64,000 nt of DNA from Paraphysomonas bandaiensis (lineage: Eukaryota > Protista > Chrysophyceae). The position numbers and the translations under genes were made by a program. A model generated the notes under the pieces. It was not told where the DNA came from, searched no databases, and was given only the letters and a program-made list of their open reading frames with translations. Position 1 is the first letter of the stretch, and every line of letters starts with the position of its first letter. The stretch lies in contig CBFFRP010000077.1 in NCBI GenBank assembly GCA_965644295.1, positions 1-64,000 of the forward strand. Direction: 5' to 3'. Below are positions 11,075 to 23,400 of the stretch, piece after piece.

Positions 11075-13638
11075 AAAGCAACCTTAAGACAAACGTGGGA
11101 AAAATGTTCAAATTTGGGACTTTTGATTGAAAGCTATGTTCTACGAGTAATTTTAATGTTAATTTGTCCCGAAATGTTATTCGAGTAGTTTGCAAGAAGT
11201 TTTCATAATTATAGTATGATATTTTAATAAAATATATGATATATTCATTATTTATAAGTAGTTACCGTGGGGCTAGTACGTTTTTCCATAACTTTTGGGG
11301 CTGAACCTACTGCACTCTAGTATCTTTTCATTCATAAGGTACAATTTCTACTTCATAACTAGCACAAGTTCTATTGACTCTTTTCATGACGTTAGCAGCT
11401 TCCCTTCCATTCCTTCAGCTACTTCACCGACTATGAACTCTATATCATATTTTCCATTCTTGTATTCTAATACGGCACCATTAATATTGTGAATTTTCTG
11501 ATCTTTTCACCTATATTTCATAGAAGTGTTCGTGCCCACTACTATTCTCAGCACTACTATCGCCACAAGTTTCAATGCATTGCGTCGATGACCTCATTTC
11601 CAATATCTTCACTCAACTATATCTTCCTTTCCACTTTCTTCACTCATATACTGCTTTCACTTGAACAGAGCTCTTCCTCACTGGGGAGCTGCTAACTTGA
11701 AATCGTGAACGCTTCTTCTTATGGACAACCTTTCGACGAACAGTTCTACGCAACTCAAAATCACTGCCATCATAGGACACATCAGACAATACAACGGTCA
11801 AGATTGAGTGGGTCACGACGCCCTCCAGGAGTAGCCACATTCATCAACAATGACGCCATCGCCCTGTCCCCCAATGCAATCAACAAGTGCATTTATCTCC
11901 CCGTGTGCAATCCAATCTTCCGCTACCACATTCTCAAATGAATTCATGGGGTCATCGCCTGGATGCAACCTGACCACTCCGCTTATTCCTCCAGTAAATC
12001 CTCTTGCCTCCACCTCGGATATTAATCATATGTCCTTGACGAACGAATCGGGATGCCATATCCGTTGGGGACTCTCTCCCCACAACTCAAAATTCCGACC
12101 TCATGTGCAGCCAGCTTTTTCCTTCTCTTCCACTTCCTGAAGACCTGAACTTATACCGGGAGAGCGTTCCTATTCACAACTTCTCCGTTAATCATACAGC
12201 GCTCAACACGCACACTGAGATCAACGTGGTTATCTGAACGCTTAAAGCCCCATCAACTCCATCGAACACAGCCCGTGGCGCACATCTACTGAAGATCGCT
12301 GGCTATACAGCGATCACTCAAGGGAACAACCTCCACAGGTTCCGCAGTTTCCCTTGAGAAAAGGATATCACCAAGTAAGTGGTATTCGAAGACGGTGGTG
12401 ATATATTCTGCTACCGTATCTACACGTAGAATTCTGACCTTGCCCACTCGTTCCCCATTCGCGGAGAGCAGATAGATGTTTCCTTGGAACTCTATTCGGC
12501 ATTCGTATAACACCGCAAAATACCATATCTAATTTTGAATGTAGACATCATGGTCACACATACATGCATATACATATATAGACATGTAGACATGGACATA
12601 ATGATGCGCATTAAGACGCACTGTGCCAGAGTATGATATAGTAATATCATGACTGATTTAGATGCATTGCAAGGTATGGTTCAGGATACAACAGGGGACC
12701 TGAGTGAGAGCGATACGGGTGACGTCGCCATCACTGCACCCTGTACAGATGTATGCACCCCATCTCCATCTGCCACATGTGCGGGTTGAGGTGGTTGTGG
12801 CAAGGAGTTCCCGATTGATGAGAAGGGCTCCGATTTTTATCATGGAGTGCTATGTGCCACATGTAATGGGATGTAATCATATGTACCCCACATCACACAT
12901 ATATACAGAGAGTGTACATGTTGTCACGTTCGTAGTATTCATCGAAGGTTCTAATCTTGGAGATGCTCTTCAGTCTGACCTCACTACTGGTGATGGCACC
13001 CCTCTTTCACAACTTCCCTCTAGTCCCGTGACGTATTACTACGTAGAAGATTACTGTTTTGATGATGATGACCCTGGTCATACTCTACCAAAGGTGACGA
13101 CCCTCTTACTCCTCTGTCTCAGCCCGTTGCATATGAGGAGGTGAGTTCCCGTAGTATATATTAGTGATTCAATTTACTCCTTCTTACTATTTTCGGACAG
13201 TTGCTCCCCGGTTAATGGTTCTTTGAGGAGTAAGTTATTACATGTATACCCCTCTTTCACTTATGTACCATGCTGGTAGTATTAATACCGGTCAGTGTAG
13301 TTGTTGTGCTTGGTGTAAGTTTTTAAATGTTTTTTACTTATATTGTCGCTGTATTACTTAGTTAATATTGTACATGTTTTATATTGATGAGGCTATTTCG
13401 ATACTTACAGACGCAGTAATAACAATTTCGTTGTGCTGAGCACTGTCCTGAAATCATTCTTGGAATATTGTTATTTTTTTAATAAAATAACAATAAGAAT
13501 AGTATTGTATAGCTACTATAATATTATTACACAGTTTTAATAATATTAGATTAATGAAAACGATAAGTATAGGATAGGGTACAAAGGGGTCCAAAACGTG
13601 GGAAAAAATTTTTCCCACGTTTGTCTTAAGGTTGCTTT
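11075..13638. mobile_element. TIR DNA transposon (about 2.56 kb) nested in the Copia, superfamily unresolved
   Basis: About 30-bp TIRs AAAGCAACCTTAAGACAAACGTGGGAAAAA / TTTTTCCCACGTTTGTCTTAAGGTTGCTTT. Interior is degenerate and no clean TSD was seen. Confidence 0.7.
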
Positions 13639-14878
13639 TTTATGTTGTAATGGGGGGGGGAAGCAGTGAAGTGATGCTGTCCGATACAGTTCAGCAGGAT
13701 CCCCTCGATTTACTGCACGAAAGGGCCGGTCATGTTGCTAAGGGAAAACTACTGGAGGCTCATAGACATATATATGCTGATCAAGGGAACAGGGTTACAG
13801 CGACATCATTTACCTAAGACTACCAAAAAGAAGTGTGAGACCAGTTTGCGCAAGTGGTGTGCTAAGGCGAAGATCACTAGACATGCATTTCGAGGACAAA
13901 GTGACCAGAATGTGGAGATGAAGGCGACAGCATTCCTGGAGCGTATTACAGTGGATATTTCGGTTTATATGAATTGTCCATCTGTGGAGGGGTATAAGTA
14001 CGCACTTGTATTTGTAGATACGGCTACGAAAGAATTCTGGGAATACGGTCTACGAACGAGAACTGGGGATGAAGTGTTAAAATGCGTGAAGCATCTCTGT
14101 GAAGTCAGGCTACCAAAATACCCAGGGTGGAACAGGATACAGCAGTACCATGCTGATGGTGGACCAGAGTTGATGGACAGGCGAATCATAGAATACTTGT
14201 TACAAAAATTTGGAACCACATTCTCCTACACTCCTAGGGAGACACCAGAATTAAACGGTGTTTCAGAACGGAAATTCAGGACACTAGTAGGAGAAATGAC
14301 ATTATCGCTTTTATTGTCATCAGGTATGCCAAAAGCGGAGTGGTGGAAAGCCTTTAGACATGCATGCTGGGTTCTTAGGAGATTACCCACAAAGGCCTAT
14401 AGAGGGTGGATGTCACCCAACGAGTGTGTTCCTGGAGGAACGGTGCCAGATTTTTCTTGGTTACGGAAATGGGGGTGCAAGGCGTACGTTCTCATCCCGA
14501 AGGCAGATCGCAGGAAAGACTGGGAAGAAAAGGCACAGACTGGATACTTTGTAGGGTTCCCAGAGGATCAAATGGGATACCAAGTATTGATTGGAGATAC
14601 TATAGTTACGTCTGTGCATGTTTTATTCGATGAATCTGTGCCTGAGAGAACGGCGGATTATTATCGAGAAATGGACGAGGCCATGGTTGCTGTGGATCCT
14701 CAGGAAAGAAATATTAGAGACTTCGATTACTTAATCGGAAAGACCCATGAAGATGGCGGCCACCAATACAAGACCACACGAATATTGGTTCGAAAAGGTT
14801 TGACTGTAGGGTATAGATCCCTATTGTCTGGTGGTGCGGAGCAAGTGGAAGATAAGACTCCTATTCACATCGCCGATA

Positions 14879-15209
14879 CACTAGTGAAATAAGCAAGTTC
14901 AAAAGGTAGTTCATAAGGTAGTTCAAAAGGTAGTACGTCCTGCAAAAAAGTTCAAAAGGTACTTCAAAAGGTAGTTCGTAAAAAACGTGTAGAGTGTGAA
15001 AGTAAAAAAGGTAGTTCATAAAGTAGTTTATAAAAGGTAGTTAAAAATGTGCAAACCTGTAAACATTTTGTCGAAAAGTTCATAAGATAGTTCATAAGGT
15101 CAGGTAGTTCATGAAAAAATGAACTACCATATGAACTGCTTTTAAACTTAATCGAACTACCTTATGAACTTCTTTTGAACTTCTTTTGAACTTCTCCATT
15201 TCACTAGTG
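14879..15209. mobile_element. Non-autonomous CMC-type (CACTA/Chapaev-like) element
   Basis: Termini CACTAGTGAAAT...ATTTCACTAGTG, 4-bp TSD GATA, subterminal AAGGTAGTTC repeats. Excision restores the Copia frame (HIADIKRM). Confidence 0.85.
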
Positions 15210-16061
15210 GATATAAAGCGGATGAGTGAAGACCTTGCAACAAGAAGAGCATCTGCAAGTTCTGGATCTCGTGACGACGGGACCAGCGGACATTTATCAC
15301 AGCAGTTGACTGGGACGGTTCCATCCCTTTCTGACTTCGTAAGTGCTCCGGGAGAGGAAGCTCCATCAGATCGCTCATCAAGGGGCAGGCGTGCAAGGGC
15401 TCCAAGGGTGGTGACGAATGTGTCAGTTTTGGGTGAGATGCATTTATTGTCGTCATGTGTCGAAGACGAGTGCAGCCTATTACAGGAGGCAGATTCCATC
15501 TGGTGCTCGTCAGCGGGACCTAAGGTGCCTCAGACATATTCCGAATCCTTGGAATTGCCGGAACGGAAGTAATGGAGTTCAGCAAGACAAGCAGAACGTG
15601 ACGGATTGAAACGTAGGGGAGTATAATGGAAGTTAAGCCCATCCCTACCGGTGCCACTCCATTGAAATCTAAGTATGTTTTCGCCTTGAAACGCAACAAA
15701 GAGGGTGCGATTCAACGATATAAGACAAGACTTGTGGTACTTGGATGCGGAGACCATGAAGGTGGCAGAGCGAACAATTATGCTCCAGTGGTAAAAGCGG
15801 TAACAGTGAGATTGCTTTTAGCTATCGCTTTTGTTATGAATATGGTGGTGCATCAACTCGACGTATCTAATGCATTTTTGTATGCAGATATACAAGGAGA
15901 TGTGTATATGTATGCTACACCAGATTTTAAATTGCCACCAGGACACTGCTTTAAACTGAAGAAAAGTTGATATGGTCTTCGAAGCTCACCACGGTCATGG
16001 TATAAATGTCTTTAAATTTAATAAGTTTATTAAGTCCTTGCATTTTATATCATGTATACTT

Positions 16062-18000
16062 TGTAGTTGTTCTTAAGAACAACGTATGCTCAAGCAAAAA
16101 ACAGAAACTGATCTATAACGTTTTAAAAGGATTTAAAGTGTACGCCAGCGGGCTGCTACACTATTAAGCTCACCAGCGGGTGATGCTCCTCAACTCAAAC
16201 GCAAACCGCGAAAGAATTTAAATAAATTGTTATTTAAAACGTGTAATAGAAAAGTGAGTAACATGCTATACAACTATACAGTAACACACACATACAACAT
16301 CATGTTCAGCATTTCACTTCAGCACACAACACACCAGATCAGAAATATTTTATCCGGTACGTATGTACAGCTTCAACACTCCGTGTATATACTGAAAGAG
16401 TAGAAACTGAATATGTAACTGAAAACTGAAAATACAAAAACACTCTGTACGTGTTAGAGAGTACAACAGAAGAGTAACATATAATACTACTACCAACGCA
16501 GAAAATAACCAGTACTGCGTTACACTACCCTCTTTCCCCCCAGCTGGAGAAATTAGATTGTGAATACAGACTGTGATTCATGTATGCAAATACTTAAATC
16601 AGCCATACTAGATAGCGTCATTCTAAGTATAAACAAACAAAATCAGATTTAAACAGATACTGAGAATAAACTAGATAGACAAGGTAGTAGTATTATAATA
16701 GAAATAAAAGAATATTGTAAATATTATCATATATAATAGAAAAATAAAACCTGTTTACAAGAGTATATCAGGAAAACTCTTGCAAAACTCCGCATCGACA
16801 AGCACCATAGTAGATGGATTAAAGTCAAAGCATAGTCCATAGCAGTAAACATCATACGCACTCCATTCATATGTAGACTGAAACAAAGGGCAATATAGAT
16901 CAATACGTAGACAGCGTTTGCCTGCCCATCGTTTATAACGGCATAACACTACATAATTTTTGAAATAGCAATCTGGTAAAGATAATGCGTCGTAGAAATC
17001 TGCTCCCCAAGCTCGTAGGTTGATGTACACCTCTTGGCCTGGTTGAACTCCATCAATCTGCTGTTTCCGCATTCATAGTCGTTGTTCTTTAGCTTCCTTA
17101 GCAGAAAATAAAAGTGGAAATAACGCAGGAACGTCTTTACAATACTGCTGAAAAGCCCGTGCTGTTGCAAGATCAGAATTGTATGGAATCCACACTTGTG
17201 AATCATCACTAAATAAAACGAGAAAATCCATAGTAGATCTCTTTTCAGGATCTCCCCGATAAGCCACAATCTTTCGCACTTCATACTGGTTATAGTCTAC
17301 TAAAGCAATGCGAAATGCCTCATCATGAGTACCAAAAAATGGTTTAAGCCAAGACATATGAAAGACTACCTCAAATCGCATTACTATATGTGTACAGGTG
17401 ATATCTGCTTTGTACGTAGAGACAACCTCGTATGGACCTTTAAATCTAGGATATAGTTTTGACGGTTTAAATTTCGAAGAATTTGGTTGAAATAAAACGA
17501 GCTGTCCTGGTTGATATTCCGTAAGTGTCTCCGGAGGTGTTTTGGATTTTCTCTTTGCCTGGATCTCGCGTTGAACATCACATGCAATATCACGTATAGT
17601 TCTCAAATTCTGATTTATAAGAGATAAATATTCCGTAGTATCAACCGAATCTGACACAGCATCTGACAATTTGAAATAAGGTTTGTCTATTGTACCAAAT
17701 GTAAACTCAAAAGGTGACAATCCCGTTTCGCTACTTGTTTCATCATTCAGTATGAACTGGATTACCATATAGCACTCCGGCTCTCCCCAGCAATCTTGCA
17801 ACCTTTCATCATGTACAAGAGCACTTAGAAATCGTAATGTCTCTCTATGAGTTCTCTCCACCATGTTGGACTCACGTCTATCTGTCAAAGACATTTTGAA
17901 GCGCATGCCAAACCATTTTAACAATAACCGAACAACCTCTGCTGTAATATTCGAACCTGGGTCTGAAACTAACACTTCCGATATTCCGTACGTCACGAAA
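16062..18000 (-). mobile_element. Truncated Gypsy: integrase C-terminus, chromo-like domain and C-terminal extension, PPT and 3' LTR (about 16062-16524)
   Basis: VSDPGS, NMVER, ETGLSPFEFTFG, KLYPRFKGPY. One nonsense codon at 17073. Clearly homologous to pol at 20456-24394. Confidence 0.85.
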
Positions 18001-18001
18001 T

Positions 18002-18613
18002 TTTGTTTGTATTTAGAAATCAGATATCCACGAATTGAAGAAGAAACACACTATATTCTACCATGTTATTATACCATTATTTGCTTCATACTGCAACATG
18101 TGTATTACATTACATACCACTGAGAGTATTAATGTCCAATATAGTGGAAAAGCAAATGATCATTAAGTTAAAGAATAACTGGTTAATATCACAGGAAACG
18201 TTCACTTCCGACGTTGTCCGAATATGTAATACTTCGTGGAACTGTTACTTACCCTGAGGTGATTGCTTCGGGCATATCACCGGGACTTACGAACATCAAC
18301 ATAGACGAAATGATGCGCGTAAAGTACTATCAAATCTAACAATTACGAGGTAGCTTATGATTTAGCATTCGAAATATCTTTTTATATTTTACGTTCATTA
18401 CAGTTTTGTTGTCTTCTTTCCTATGATATTAACCAGTTATTCTTTAACTTAATGATCATTTGCTTTTCCACTATATTGGACATTAATACTCTCAGTGGTA
18501 TGTAATGTAATACACATGTTGCAGTATGAAGCAAATAATGGTATAATAACATGGTAGAATATAGTGTGTTTCTTCTTCAATTCGTGGATATCTGATTTCT
18601 AAATACAAACAAA
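18002..18613. repeat. Inverted repeat with 197-bp near-perfect arms (18002-18198 / 18417-18613)
   Basis: The arms are reverse complements with about one mismatch seen, around a spacer of about 218 bp. Confidence 0.9.
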
Positions 18614-19233
18614 GGCAGGATGAAACTATCTTAATTAGATATTATATATAAGGCACTCGGAAACGTTACACAATCAATCCAGAACCCATATCATACAAGG
18701 CAGGACTAACATATATACAAGTTGCATCGCGAACCTTCATATGAAAACACACACCACATCACATAGAGTCAATGTCTCTAATTTTCTCCATTCTTCTTAC
18801 CAGTGTAAAGTGTAAGTGAAGGCTTTACGGAGCACAGCGGATGGACACCAGGTAACACTGCCAACACAGTTGTTCACCTCACATTGCTGGTTGAAAGCAG
18901 CAGTAGTATGGATGAGCGGAGAAGTGTCCTTACGATATGAACACTCGTGCATACGAGGGACATGGCGTTGTGTGTGTTAGTTGATTGGGTGTGTAGTTAT
19001 TGAAGTGTACTCTATACTGCTGTATACAGGTACATGTGGAGAGTGTATAGTGTACGGCCATATGGGACTGTTTTTTGGTTTGTGGGGGCCCCGATTTACC
19101 AGGTTTGTAGGTATACTCTCTCTATATATACAGTACGTACACTGTATATAAACGTACTCCGTAGTCGTGGGGTTGCAAGTCAAGTTCATACTACGTAATG
19201 ATGAGTGCCTGTTTTTTTAGGACGAGTGGGACC

Positions 19234-20425
19234 TATAAACAACTCAGGTCTTGCAACCTAAGATCACTGAAAAGATATGAAATGGTTGTTTATCGAAACA
19301 ACAAAACAGAATGCTATAATAATAACTCTTTAAGAAACCAACAGCCAGAAACACAAGCTCCCCTGTATCCTGCAATCTAAAGCTCCCAATAGACAGATCA
19401 GTCAACCAACTATGTTAATTTCATAGAGAATTATTATTAAAAACTAAGTTACAAGCGAAACAAAAGACAGACCCCTAGTCTAAAGACTCCTCCTCATACA
19501 CAGGACATTGAATGCAACCACAACCGTACAATATGCTCATACATGTACTACACTACATACGATTCATATCCTACATCGTTTATAGTCAAAAACGCCCTGA
19601 AATACGCCTAAATAGGTCCTTTCCAAAAACCTCCGATTTTTGAGTCCCAAAACCCCAAAAATCCCCAATTTTTTTGAGAATTGCAGAAAATCGCCGATTT
19701 TCGAGCCACAAACACCCAAAATGACAATATTCGAATCCACAAAAATTGCAAGCACATTTCATGACAACGTGAAATACACAATCGCCAACTCATGCATAAT
19801 ACCGACAAAATGCAATCGGGTTCAAAAGCTTACAATCGAACGGTTAAATATCATTTCCTTGCAAGAGTGTGTACTTTAGACTGGACCATACAAATACACT
19901 CATATTCAGATCACTAACATGCCCATGACACCTCTGCATCTGCGTCCAATGGCACCTTACGAATTCCTCCCCATTCCGGAGAAAATCAACGGTGTATGGC
20001 AATGGAAAATAATCGTATATCATAGTCCGGAACGATGAGCAAGCACATAGAGCTGTTCAAAAACATCAGAAAGCTTCTCATAATGATGGGTGGACTACGA
20101 ATATCGCACATGCGGTACCAATCAATGCTTCCTGACCCAAAACGCTATGACACCGACTACCGTATGGATATAGGCGTAAACCGACGGGTAGCAATCGCGT
20201 AGATCAAAGAAAACGTGTGTTCGAGGGCAAATCCTAGTTGTCTGTCGTCTTGCCCTCGTAATAATAATCTGTATCTCTTGTTGTCACCAATCTTATACAA
20301 AACAAGCTACATATACCCTACATATTATGTTATCATATCGTTATTGCATTAATATAGTTATCAATATTATTATGATGATGTCATTAAACGTGTAAAAGGG
20401 TGTTATAAAAGCCCACGGCTTTACA
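19234..20425 (-). repeat. 3' LTR of the Gypsy element
   Basis: Direct repeat of 25936-27127. Reads TGTAAAG...GTTTATA on the minus strand. Confidence 0.95.
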
Positions 20426-20455
20426 TTACCCTTTCTCCCCCCCCGGATGCCGTAG

Positions 20456-23400
20456 CTACTCCTGAATAATTTTGGGATAAGCCGCAGCCAGCGACGCATC
20501 AACCAAAATCATGCGAGTAGGGTCAAAATCCTTCTGGGATCCCCAACAGTAAACCAAATAGTTGTCGAAGGCATAGTTGGAACCGTTGAGATTAAAACGG
20601 GCGCTAATCTTGCGTTTGGAATTCTTGTGATACCAATGGGTGTACGTGAATTCCATGACATACGCAGCCGTGGCATAATCCGGTAAACCAAGACTCTCGT
20701 ACCACAGGTCACCGTAGAACCTGAGATCAACATAAACAGTATCTCCAACCGACACTGTTGTGATATTCTCTTTCCTCATTGAAGAAATAAAACGCTTCGC
20801 AGTAAACGAGTCGTATGCGAGGTGCCGCAAGTAAGGCCTAGACTCACAAAAATCGTAATATGCCTCACACTGAATATCCGGTGTCCATGGAATGTCCAGG
20901 ATATCGCCGTCCGCATACTTCACCTTGAAGACCATCGTAGATTTGGTTCGTGAATCTCCCGTATATGAAAGAATCTCCTCCACCTTAAATTGTTCATGGT
21001 CTCGCATCGCCGCCTCAATAGCCGATTCCTTATCTCCGAAAAATGGCTCAAGATCAGAGACAGAGTATTCCCGAATCCCCCCGGTAAGAAGATTTCGAAT
21101 TTGAACATCATTCTTGTATTGCCGTACCACTTCGAAAGGACCCTTCATCCTCGAGGATAATTTCGGATGTGGTTTAGCACCAGCGTCGAACATAACAAAA
21201 TCGCCTGGACAATACTGGTTTTGTTTGGCAGGATCCAAACCCGCTTCCGCTCGTTTCTCAACTAGAGACTTCTGGTAATCTGCTGATATCTGGCGAACTA
21301 GAGCTAAGTAATCGTTCAGCCTTTTCAACAGCTGATGAGACGGATCATTGTCTCTTCCCTGGGCAGCCAAAAGATTCTTATAGATAGAATCCTGGGACCC
21401 AAACGTCAGTTCGAACGCAGAATACCCCGTCTCACTACTCTCGTGGGTATTCAGAATGAACATGATAGTGGCAAGTAACAGTTCGTCCTCCAAAACAGCA
21501 TCAGCCTCGATTCGCTTGTCAAAACAAATAGCCCGGATGTGACGAACCACTTCCTTAATAATACGCTCACATCCGTTGACATGCCTGTTGGCAATACTAA
21601 AAACATGACGAAGTCCTGACAACTTAACCAGTTCTGCGAAAAGTTCTGATTTGAGATCAGGACCCATATCTGATATAATCATATCCGTGAGCCCGTATGT
21701 ACACCAGCACTTCCACACTGCTGTAGCTAAATTGATAGCTGTCATTCCTTTCACCGCATATAGGTACACCAATTTCGTAAACAAATTAACCATGACCACA
21801 ATATGCGTGTAACCAGATTTAGAAACAGGTGTAATAGCAACCGCGTCAATTCCCAAAGCACTCCTGGAATGAGGCGGTTTTAAATGTCTAGTGATAGGAA
21901 TCAATCGCTGCTTCAGCTCTCGCCTATTCTTCTGACAGTTGATACATTCGTCCACGAAGTCTGCAACCACCTTGAAAGGCACGCCGTGTCCCGGAAATTG
22001 CCTACACAGACGTTTCCACGTCTCTTTCGCACCCCAGTGTCCTGCTTGCGCGTTGTGAACCTCTTTGATAGCCTGATAATAATCTATCCTCTGTACCTCC
22101 GTAGGCGGCGCGATCTCTTGAACGTCGTCCTCAAAATCGTCTTTTTCAAAGATGTTATGCAGTGTCACGAAGTTCACTTCATCTGAGTCGAAATCGTCAC
22201 TTTCGTCCACAAATCCGGACAAATACAGCAATCTTGACAAGCAATCCGCAACCACATTGTTCTTCCCTGGGATATGACGAATCAAAAAGTCAAAATCCTG
22301 CAAATAAATTCTCCATCGAATTATCTTCGCAACTTCTGATGCCTCCATCCACACAAGGTTGTTGTGGTCCGTCTCGATTGTAAATTTCTTTCCTCTCAGA
22401 TAAAACGAAAATTTCTTGACTGAATAGAATATACCAAAACCCTCCTTCTCAATAGTACACCACTTCAAGGCTTGCTCTGACAATTTCTTGGAACAGATAG
22501 CAATAGTTTGCTGTTGAATCGGACTAGACCCAGTTCCCTCAACAGTCTGGAAAAGAATGCCTGCCACTCCATAGTCACTAGCATCTGTCCTAAGTGTCCA
22601 CTCAAGATCATAATTCGGATAAAACAAAGCACAAGACTGTTGCAAACCACTCTTATAGTTTTCAAACTCCTGCCTATAATCGTGCTGCCATGTCGTTTCT
22701 TCCCAATTAAAACTACTCTTAGTCATATCCGTAAGATGTTTGACCAAATCTGAGTAATTCTGAACAAATGGAGCAAAGAATACTCCCAGACCCAACAAAG
22801 ATCTAATCTTCTTACATCTATTTCCATTCTCTGGAAAAGGAATCTTCAATAAAGCCTCTTTCCTATCGTCCGTGAGCTCGAAACTATTGTGCCTTACCAA
22901 ATAGCCAAAAAACTTGATCTCCCTAAATCCTAACCAGGTCTTTGCAAATTTCAACACAACTCCATGTTCAATGCATCTATCCAGGAAAATCTCCAGCTTC
23001 TTATACGCATCATCAAAATCATGTGCCAATAACAGAACATTATCAAATATACACAGCGCCCATTCCAGATCTCCAAACAATTTGACTACCGCTTCTTGCA
23101 ACACACTAATCCCTGGAGACACTCCCTCCGGAAGGAATAAAGGCTGAAATTGGCCCCACGGTGTTTGAACTGACAATTTTTCAGATGTGTTCTCGTGCAA
23201 CCTGATCTGATGGAACGCATTCGTGAGGTCAATGTCCATAAATATCTTATAGCCAATAATACGATCCAACTCATGTCTTACATTAGGAACTGTATAGTGT
23301 GGACTTGGAATGTACTTGTTGATTTGCACGTAATCCCCACAAATCCTAATAAAAGGTTTCGTGGCTTTTGGCGCGATCACCAAACAAGAAGCCCATGGCG

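Larger units (their letters stand above)
10921..16060 (+). mobile_element. Second Copia pol (protease end, GAG-pre-integrase, integrase, RT), split by two DNA transposons
   Basis: GYGLELLRVQKIV at 10921-11070. LLHERAGH, integrase (VDISVY, YHADGG, ELNGVSER) and WGCKAYV at 13640-14878. RT (YKTRLVVLG, HQLDVSNAFL, KLKKS*YGLRSSPRSW) at 15530-16010. Confidence 0.85.

Noticed and set aside
17070-17075. TGA-ATG as a second programmed readthrough or reinitiation site
   Set aside because: The homologous region is continuous in the intact pol, so this is most simply a nonsense mutation in a truncated copy.
19564-20200. Small ORFs duplicated in both LTRs as accessory genes
   Set aside because: Short, with no recognisable motifs; the duplication simply reflects LTR identity.
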